DNA of 63,994 nucleotides, filler included, from Choristocarpus tenellus KU-1152 (Eukaryota > Protista > Phaeophyceae), in NCBI GenBank assembly GCA_964200185.2. It is 9 parts of 9 records of this genome, joined end to end, with 100 filler letters (N's around TTAATTAATTAA, not from the genome) between each part and the next. Parts side by side here need not be neighbours in the genome. Positions count along the whole stretch, not along the records: positions 51,432 to 57,321 come from CAXNAD020009494.1; positions 57,422 to 61,343 come from CAXNAD020017130.1; positions 61,444 to 63,994 come from CAXNAD020026845.1; 6 more parts are not named here. One strand, given 5' to 3'. Both the position numbers and the translations under genes were made by a program. Below the pieces are notes generated by a model that worked only from the letters and a program-made list of their open reading frames with translations, searched no databases and was not told the DNA's origin. This document shows positions 54,691-63,994 of the stretch, in pieces; the stretch's first letter is position 1; each line of letters starts with the position of its first letter.

Positions 54691-56249
54691 TTAATCCACC
54701 TGAAAAACGAAATAGAGCATTCCAAGGTCAGAGTCATACCCAGAAAACATGGAAATCACACCCAAGTCTATCTAGATACATGATAGAAAGTAGATTATCA
54801 CTTCTACTGCTCCCTAGAATCAAATTTCCACTTGCTCATAGGTCTTCACCAATCATCTCACAAGGAAAATAAAAAATTACTCCACAGTGTCGGTACATAG
54901 CAAGACACGACATGTTCACACTCCTACATCAGCAGTCCTCTTCACCCAGCAACATATTGGATGAAACAAGTGCTAAAACTTATCTAAAACAGGCACCAAT
55001 GAAATGGTAGTCTTGTAGAGGAGTTAAGGAAGTTCAATTTGGTGTCACATATATTAAACATTAAGCCCCTTGCTCTCAATGAGCTAAAACCATACTCCAT
55101 CGCCAAAACTGGACTGATACCCACCCTAGAGGTCACTAGCAAGTAAGATACAATTGGGTCAATATATTGGTCACTTCATGTAGTGCACCACAAGAGAGCA
55201 CCTACACAAGCATGTGTAAACATGTAAAAAACGAGTGTACCCCTTGAAAGTACCAACAGTCACTTCAAAATGACATCCACGTTAAAACTATCCAATCAGT
55301 GGCCTGCTTGGTGTTACCATATCGTCGGAATCTACTCTACTCATAGGTAATAATGGGTAGAAGTTAATCTTGACATATGACCTCCAACGTACCTTGATTG
55401 AGGAGTAAATCTTATTGATGAACCACTGGCAGGAGAAGTAACCCACAGTGCCAGTCATGAGGAAGAAGCTTGTCATAAGCACCCCAGTATACCCAAAGAA
55501 GAGCATCCCTGGGACAAACTACAAACATAAAACAACAAGGCATTAAACAGGAAACACACCAACAAAGAGATATCAGGATGGCTGGAGGTAGTAGAGCAGG
55601 TAAGGTATCACAGGATCACTGACAGACATGTTACATACACAAAAGAATCATTATCACTAAACATGTTTGAATGGAATTAGGGATGAAATGATACCTCAAC
55701 ATAAAAAACCCAGACTAGTTCAATCAAAACTGACCCATGGGTAACAATTTCTGGCATGCAAAATCCACAACCATTATAATCACAAATTTGTAAAAAGGTT
55801 CTGTGCCTTAGAATTGAAGATGGGAAATATCCTACAGTAATCCTACCATCATATGCAAAAACAAACTCAACTGGCGACAGTTGGGAAGTACTAAAAAATA
55901 TTAAAAAATGCCTCATTCGAGGGCAGTGAACAAAAAAAAGTAATTTTCCGCCAAATAAGACATCCACCCCTGCACCGGATGATCACTTCGGCAGTTCCCC
56001 TGAAAAAAAACATACATAACGTGCCATGGTACAAGAAAACCTTCCTTTACAATACCAACACAAACGACACATGACTCTAAAAAAAAAAAAAAATGATAGA
56101 AGCAAAACAAGACATTCATTAGAGGATTAGGGACACACGTCTGTTCTCCACTCACCCCAACCATCTCAAGCTCCATGGAGTAGTACCAAATAGAGTAAGC
56201 AAACATCCAGAAGGCACACGACCCTGGCCAAAGCATTGAGCGCCACCAC
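54691..56249 (-). CDS. TM9SF: Transmembrane 9 superfamily (nonaspanin/EMP70) protein, last three exons
   Basis: Exons 56156-56249 (WWRSMLWPGSCAFWMFAYSIWYYSMELEMVG), 55393-55518 (FVPGMLFFGY...MTGTVGYFSCQWFINKIYSSIK) and 54691-54699 (VD stop) give the diagnostic KIY.SIKVD C-terminus. Confidence 0.92.
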
Positions 56250-57537
56250 CTAAGTGGTTACCACAGGGCGCCACAGAGCGCTTTAGTAAAAGAGCAGCAA
56301 TAGAGAGACAATTATGCTATGTAGGCCCTGATAGTATCAACAGTTTCTTACACAAAACAATCCCTCCCCCCATGCCTATAAAAAAAAACCTCCACCAAAC
56401 ACAACGCCTGAAATATAAAAAATAGAGAGAAACCTTGTAACTATTCCATTCCCTTAAAAAAAAAACTCCCTGAATCCTAACAAGCCCTAAAATGAAGACA
56501 ATACTTGTAAAACAAATCAGAGCCTTCATAATAACCCTAAACCTAACCCTAACCCTAACCGACTATAGTGAGCGGGAAGACTAATCCTTTTTTTGGAAAT
56601 GTGATGTAACAGTCACGTAATTATCACCTATGTGTATTATGTGTGTGTGCCCCCCTCTGTTACTAGGTAGTGTGTTTGGTATTTTGCATGAGTATTGTAC
56701 TTCAGGTCCACTAGAACCAATACAGAGTCAGAGCATGTCAACAAGAGATTTAACAATAATAATATTCTCAACAACGGATTTGATTCAAGAAAAAAAACTG
56801 ACGTTTCAACCAAAACCAGTCTCTTTTTGCCTCACAGGTAGGAGTACATGCAATTGTTTCTCTTGCGTGCATTACGTTCTGGTGACAGTTACAACAGTTT
56901 CAACTATCTAACAACCACACTTCTAGGAACAGCTACAACACTATTAAAAAAATGTCGCTAACCCTAACCCTAACCCTCAAAAATAGAACTGCAGACACAA
57001 TCAAACTAACACAGAAGATGATGTATACCCTCTACCCATCAGTCCATCAATTAAATGACTCAATCATGCTACCCAATTGCTTTTATCGAAAAATCACCTC
57101 CAACTCACTGTAAGATCTGGATCATTCAAAAAAAAATTCAGTCAAGACCTCTGTCAATTTCATCACCACCCAATCAAAACTCAGCATAGATGAAATCAAA
57201 TAAATAGTAATCAAAAATACACAAGATGTAACACAAAACACCAAGTATATTTATGGGTCAAAGTATCTGGGGGGGGGGGTTGTGAGGGGGCGTCCGTTTC
57301 AGTCAAACATTTTTTTTTTTGNNNNNNNNNNNNNNNNNNNNNNNNNNNNNNNNNNNNNNNNNNNNTTAATTAATTAANNNNNNNNNNNNNNNNNNNNNNN
57401 NNNNNNNNNNNNNNNNNNNNNGGAAAAATGGAGCCTGAATGAATGGACAGTCGCTCCCCCCCCCCCCCCCGCCCCAGATACTTTGAGCGACACTGTTGAA
57501 TACATAAACTACATAAACAAAACAGCAGTGTCTGTAC

Positions 57538-59446
57538 CTCCAGCTGGCCAGAGACGCTCTTGAAAAAGGCGGTGGGTCGAACTATGCTGTAACCGATCTT
57601 CCCTTTCTCTCCGGCCTTCTCCAGCGCTGCCTCGAACTTGAGCTTCGCCTTCTGGAACTGCCGGGTTGTGTTCAACGAGCAGAGCAAGGGTTTCTTTGTT
57701 AGAATAGGGGGGGGTCATAACAGGTGAGGATATCATGCAGTCTGATGTCCGCGGCCAGGGAGTGAGTGGAGGAGGGACCGGGAGGGGGGAAGGGGATTGT
57801 CTTCAATACCTTTTGAAGCATGATATTACCACAAGACTGCACGTTGAGTCTGGTATTCATTCATCCTTCTGCCGCCTTTGTCCCAAGGAAACAGATGTCT
57901 TGAGTAAGATCACCTACACTTAAAAGAGTTCTTGCCCCATGCGCTAAGTGGGGTAGTCTTCTTCGAATCGAAACAGAACTCCATCTCAACTGCGACGCAA
58001 GTATGCCACTGAGAAGAGTATTTTTCTGTTACGGCTGTAGTTTCCGGATATGGTCAAGGCGATGCCCTCCATCACCTTCACAGTTGGAACAGGAAGAATT
58101 GTACATGATGCATGCCTGCATATTCCGGCAACTCATTACATCAACGTAATGCCTACAATCTGGGTGATAATAGACACATCGGTAATTCAACCACACCCTT
58201 CCCACTGGCCCGCGGGGGGGTGGAATGGACAGTGTTCTGAAATGAGATAGTAATATTCATTTAGACAAATTGAAATCAGAGGTACGACACCAGTTTCTGC
58301 CTCTATTGAAATCGAAAAGGACACGACTTACAAATAAGGTGATGACTGAGCAAGATTTGCTCGGCGAAAAGGCTAACCTTATTTTCCTGACCAAGCAGGG
58401 CCTAATAAAATTAGAGATTGGGTCAGGAGAGTAACAAAGTGACGAGTGGCAGACTACCCTTACAGATGCCGTTCACCTGGAGCAAGGGTTTCTTCACACA
58501 AAATGCGGAGAGCAGAACGAAGTGCTTCACGCCAGATGTCACAGCCTGGTCCAGGCAGTTGAGAGTAGCCTGGTAGTCTATGGCCCAACTATCAGACTTC
58601 GTGCCACTCCTGCTTGCTAGACATGATATCACACAGTCGACCTGCAGGAGCGTGGCAACAGAGTGCGACGATCGGCCTGGGAAAATTAGGCGACGGTTGA
58701 CAACATATTTTCTGCAGTTTTTTTTTCTAAGTGTGTAGTCGATATCGTAGGCGGTGCTTGCAGTTATGCCACCACGGAAATACCATCCCAGTCGGCCATA
58801 GACCCCTGTCTCTTGCGGAAATTCGAACTCAAACGGTACTCACCTTTCTTCCAGCTAAGACAGCATCCAGACTAGAAGGGTTGGTAACGTCGACGGTGAC
58901 CATCTCAGCCCCTTTGATGGTCGCATCGGGATTTCGGGTTAGAGCTATCGTCTTGTAGCCTCGACGTACACACTCAGCTGCGACAAACTTGCCGATGTAG
59001 CCTGTTGCTCCCGCCAGAGCCACAGTTGTTTCCTCTGGCGGCGAAGTCACGGCCATAGACAAGCGACTTCCTCCTATTCTTCTGTAATATATGTTTCGTA
59101 GACGAGAAGGAAGACAGCACCATCACGCAAACATGGGGATCACTTCCCGACATGTTTAGTCCTCGAAGGATCTGAAGTCGAGGTTATAGCAAGGCTTTCG
59201 CAGCTATTAACTTTGTCCCCAACAACTCATATGCCTCCTAGCACATACATTACAAGCGTCTGAGACCTCAAGCAACTCTTCCTTCTGTTGAAAAACAACA
59301 TGAACACCAGTGGCCAACAAGACTTGTGTAGATAAACCAATAACCCACCTTGGCAACACCCCACTGATAGATCGAGCTGGTAGAAATGCCAACGCAGTCA
59401 TAGGCCATGTCACCATGATAGAAGCACATAGCACGCGAGCCTTCAT
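57538..59446 (-). CDS. DVR: 3,8-divinyl (proto)chlorophyllide a 8-vinyl reductase, NADPH type, plastid-targeted; first four exons, 3' part lost in the gap
   Basis: Exons 59349-59446, 58844-59081, 58477-58641 and 57538-57657. Motifs [20 protein letters not shown]...[46 protein letters not shown]. Presequence [20 protein letters not shown]|F. Confidence 0.92.
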
Positions 59447-60701
59447 TCTTCCCTGTATGGCACCAGGAGACCGCCCTTACGGAATCGGAAGTCACCCAGC
59501 TATGCTAATCCGGTATCCTCGCGATCTTCAACACAATCCAGCCCTAACCCTAATTACAATAACAATGAAGGAATGGAAGGTGCAAGGTGGAAGGAAGTAC
59601 ATACTGTTGCATGTCACATCAGGTAGAGAGAGTGGTGAACGGATACGAAGAAGGACCTTCATGGCATAGTAAGAATGAGTCTGATTTCGAGGATGTCCCG
59701 TACTTGCTCTAGTTCCAGCTCAGGTATGAAGACCGACAGCACGATGATTACACGACATATTTGTGGAATCGCAAGGTTGGGAATATATATACTAGTGACT
59801 GCCTACTGAGGACTATATCTATACCAGGTAACATGTAGGTTTTGTCCGAGTCAAATTGAGAGAGTAAAGGATAACGCGTATGGTTGCTGACGGCTTACGG
59901 GTTGCTATGGACTTCCTCTTTCAGGAGTACTGACTTCATTGGTGTGATGGGAAATACTAGCACCTATCTAAATACTAGTCTATATATATATATAAATTAA
60001 AAGCAGATCATTCAGGTACTGTAGATACGCTCTCCAGAAAATAAGGTCTAACTTAAAGTTGAGACAATGCACGCAACGCCAAGGAGAATTTGAACTTGAT
60101 ATTTATGTTGTTAGGTGACTCATTTGACCCCCGAATGTCCTCTTCTTGCACTTTTTCCTTGATCACCGACCTAGCCCCAAAGAATGTGCTATTAGTTACT
60201 TGGAATTATGTGCATGTCCCAATGGTCACTAACTTGACTATATTGCCGTTCTTGAGTATGCCCAGCTCCTCAGGAATTAAAGGTCTTGGCACCAAATTGC
60301 TGTTGGACATTGGTGTAAGAGAATAAACACAAGGCTGATCAATACTTTCGCCTCATAATATGGAGGTCAAAGATATGGGGGAAACGAGCGATACATCATT
60401 TTATTGATCCAAGCTCCCTTTTGGAGCCCAAAAAATGGGCTAGCTTACGCTTCTGTGAGCCCTTCTTCAACAATCCCTCCTCACAGTAATACCTGCCCCA
60501 GATAGAAGTGAAACATACCTTGTCTTGCATGTGAAACCACAACATAAATGGAACGTCACATCCTTCAAGTATGAAGGTACCACTGTTATACCACCAGGGT
60601 AGTCAGTAGCATGACTGAGGGGTAGAAGATACTGCGAAAAGATAGTACAAAAGTCAACAAACAAAATATCACCAAGAGGATAGTGTGTGTCAGAGTATGT
60701 A

Positions 60702-61343
60702 CTGCCTCTGTGCCGTAAGTCTGTGCCGCGCAACATCAGGGCTCACCAAGCGAGAACGGCGCCGAATCGGACGATAAACCCTCAGAATGAAATCGGGTTG
60801 ACAATCTCAGCTTTCAGAGAAGGTGGGGGTCGAGAATCATTAGGTACAAACTCAAGGTGCGCAAGCCGTCAAAGTAGGGATCTTTTGGGGCGATTTTTGA
60901 GGCCAAAATTGAGCACGTCAAGGGTCAGAACTTCGGCATGGCAACCCCCCAATCGACCCCCCCTTGTAGAAAGGGTGCCCAAGTGCCCCTGAATACCAGG
61001 GTTGCACTTGCAGTGCGGTACGCCCTCATGATGGTCCCTGGTGAGCATAAGCTGCCGCAATACGTTGGGCTGACCCTCGCAGCGGATTTTGGAGTGTCCG
61101 AGTGTTAAATGCGGAGGCTCTGGGAGGATGTCGCTGATCAGCTTGCCCATGGCCACACGCTTGACCTAGGGGTGGCGGCAGGGAGTGGACGGCCTTCGGA
61201 CCTCACACCAAACAAAATGGCCACAATACATAGTATCAACTCCAATAATCGATCGTCCACAGTGTGTCAGGTGACAATGAAGATGGTCGCCAAGGGGCTG
61301 AATTATAGCATGACCACCATAAACAGGTGGTTGGATGATATGG
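60702..61343 (+). mobile_element. 5' part of mariner family A, truncated by the gap
   Basis: 60960-61343 matches the reverse complement of 29750-30130 (HTLDLGVA..SGRPS.LT..KM.TIHSINS...RWLDDM). Candidate TIR TA|CTGCCTCTGTGCCG. Confidence 0.8.
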
Positions 61344-62502
61344 NNNNNNNNNNNNNNNNNNNNNNNNNNNNNNNNNNNNNNNNNNNNTTAATTAATTAAN
61401 NNNNNNNNNNNNNNNNNNNNNNNNNNNNNNNNNNNNNNNNNNNGCAAGTTACAGGCGATATGTCTTAATGGCGGTTTCATAAACACCATAATGACATTGA
61501 AGTTCTAGATTTGATATATTTGTACTTCTTGAATATTTATTTATTATTTGGTCATTATCCTCCCAGATTGTGATAAGACATCGTAGACCAGTTCCTTTTT
61601 ATACCATGATATTGATGATAATCCAAGTGAGGGATCCAGTGCATACTTGACGACTTGTGCATCAGGAGTCCTATACATATATCAGTTTCATCTATAGGCC
61701 CGTAGATTGGAGCTATACATCCTTTGGAGGTAAGCTCTTGGGGGCGCTTGTAACATGGAGGTCCTACCTAGACTTCCACCGTGTAACACTCTTTAACACT
61801 AATCCGGAATTTTCCTGTTTTCGCATTCATTTCAACATTGGGAATTACGAGGTTGGAGGAAGTTCCATACTTGACTTTTAAAGGTTCGTGAACCATCGAC
61901 TCTCAACTTCTTTCAATGGAATTATAAGTTGGATGATCCAAAGTCCATGTGGGAAGTATTACAGATCCTACACCATATAGACTATCCCATCTTTCCTTGT
62001 ACAACGAAGAATATGCCTGACCAAGAACGAGGTGACCATGCTTGATTTCGTGGCGATACCTTGCATGGTTCCAACACGAAGTTTGAGGAGGAGCCGATCA
62101 ATGACTTGTGTGACGGCTGAATATAACCCCAACACCAACAAGCAAACCACAAATAGACGAGTGGAGGCATAGTTTTTTTTTGTATTTTTGTGATTACCCC
62201 CTTATTAAGGGAGAACAAGAAATGTTTGTCGGCATAATATTAGGATGACCGTAATAGTCGTATCAAATGTAACAGGTGTTAGTATGATGAAAAGTAGTAT
62301 TAGTAGTGCTAAGCTAACCCTAACCATTACCCTTACTATTAACTTGTAGTTAGTATTGTGAGAGATAGCAATAGTTGTTTTATGGACGTGACAGTTCAAT
62401 GAATTAGTTGGAGCAACCAAATAACTGAGCTCGAAAGGTTTTATGATTCGTTACACTTTAATCTCAAATACAAGGTCACAGAACCAGACAACATGTAGTG
62501 CT

Positions 62503-62762
62503 GAGCCAAAGTATCTTAGAGGGTAGAGCCGCGTCCATTTGGGAGTCAATATCCAGTATTGCGATTTTGATGTAAATTTTGGCTATCGGGTTTGTTAGGG
62601 AGTGTTAATATCTATTTTTTGGATACACCTTTTCATAACGTATACATTTTACCTACTCGAAAACATTTTGGAGTAGGAAAATGTCATTAAAAAACCGATG
62701 GGAAGCCAAGTCCCAAATGGACAAACAGGGCAAAACTCGTACCCTCTAAGATACTTTCACTC
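62503..62762 (-). mobile_element. MITE family 1
   Basis: Full TIRs; flanks share GCT (3 bp). Confidence 0.9.
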
Positions 62763-62795
62763 GCTATGGTGACAAGGTACAGTCACTACCCACAA

Positions 62796-63048
62796 GAGTG
62801 AAAGTATACTGGAGGGTACGATTTTTGCCTGTTTGTCCATTTGAATCTTGGCTTCCCATGGGTTTTTTAATGACATTTTCCTACTCCAAAATGTTTCGGA
62901 GTGTGTAAAATGTGTATTTTATTAGAAGGTGTGTCCAGAACATCGACATTGACACTTCCTAACACAATAGCCAAAATTACATCAAAATTGCAACATTGGA
63001 CTTTGGCCCCAAATGGACGAGGCTGTACCCTCTAAGATACTTTGGCTC
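62796..63048 (+). mobile_element. MITE family 1, head-to-head with the previous copy
   Basis: Full TIRs; 4-bp TSD ACAA. Confidence 0.9.
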
Positions 63049-63546
63049 ACAACTCATAACTCACACCTCAGTTCAGACTCATTGGTTCGGATTGTCTAGG
63101 ACCTGAAGAGCTTGAGAATCCATCCACTCGGCACATTCATGACCCCTACTTGTGGACTATACACAATGACGAGGAAGATCAGTGGAGTGCAAGGGGAGAT
63201 CCCCTGTCTTGGAGATTCCCCACTGTCCTTGGGGAACCTGTTCGATTAGACTCTTCCAACTCTATCGGAGAGTTATGCGGACAGTTACGGAGTAACGGAA
63301 CAATCAATTAGTGGTTGAGTTATCCGAACCTTTTACTAGTGATTAGTTGAGAAGGAGAATCTTTCTCATATAAAAGAAAATATTTCTGATTTTATGGGGA
63401 CTTGCATGCCCCAACTAAAAGGTAATTAATCACTCTACAGACACCAAGCAATCTCGCCGGGTTTATCACCTTTACCCTCTTTGATGATTTTGGGGATACT
63501 CTAACACAATATATTTTAACCTTAGGTTTTCACCTATCATTTCATC

Positions 63547-63994
63547 ATGTCTACACGAGGAGATGCGATTCAAGAATTGCGGGAACCTGTTCCTTCCGAG
63601 GGCCCATCTGTCGAAGATCTCAGGAAGCTTATGGCGTCGGTAGCGGAGTTGTCAAGAAACGTTGGCAATCTCATGGTTCAATCTAAAAGAGTCGGCGACG
63701 GAAATCATCCCACCGTCCAGGCCACTGTGCCCAGCACACGGCCTCCGGCTGGGGGCGTACCAGTCAAAGTGGGTCCCATGGAACCCATGTTGAGGGCAAA
63801 TTTCCCAGAGAGGGGAAACAGTTTGGATGCTGGGAGCATCAGAAGTGGTGCAAGCCGGAGGTCCGGTTCTTCGGAGAGCTTGGGGACAGGCGCACATATT
63901 GTTCGCCCTACGACGAAGAGATCGAGAACCCAACCACCGAAACTATTGGACGACTCGGACTACCGGGACTGGCGGAGGCGTTTCATCGTGCATT
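63547..63994 (+). mobile_element. Open ORF running off the window, probable Copia-type gag N-terminus
   Basis: MSTRGDAIQELREPVP... stays open for ~149 codons and ends PPKLLDDSDYRDWRRRFIVH, resembling the P.L...Y..W...F start of Copia gag. It is absent from the ORF track because it has no stop in the window. Confidence 0.5.

Noticed and set aside
4568-59446. hemE and DVR as a tetrapyrrole gene cluster
   Set aside because: They are over 40 kb apart and separated by seven linkers of unknown size and unrelated genes, so linkage cannot be supported.
20645-61443. Recurrent TTAATTAATTAA between N runs as a biological repeat or CRISPR-like array
   Set aside because: Fixed 100-bp N-flanked spacers with six-frame stops are an assembly linker.

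Overview
Intron-rich eukaryotic DNA, most likely a brown alga or a close photosynthetic stramenopile relative. The basis is GT-AG spliced genes with ~0.2-2 kb introns, three proteins with heterokont bipartite plastid presequences cleaved at an 'AF' motif, and dispersed (CCCTAA)n. The window is nine contigs joined by 100-bp N-TTAATTAATTAA-N linkers, so adjacency across linkers is unproven. Host genes: 3' end of an SLC25 mitochondrial carrier; a complete 11-exon plastid uroporphyrinogen decarboxylase (hemE); a C-terminal J-domain; a plastid-targeted small HSP with two alpha-crystallin domains and upstream heat-shock elements; 3' end of a TM9SF gene; 5' half of divinyl chlorophyllide 8-vinyl reductase (DVR). 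Between them lie layered transposon relics: plant-type mariners, CRE-like non-LTR elements, a Sola2-like transposase, two MITE families with 4-bp TSDs, and a Copia-like gag. Most notable: a spliced, apparently decaying gene that seems to fuse an N4C/N6A DNA-methyltransferase-like domain to a SET-like domain (33.2-35.7 kb), a 295-bp gapless hairpin, and strong gene-body CpG depletion with CpG-rich gene starts. All domain calls are by-eye motif recognition; no searches were run.
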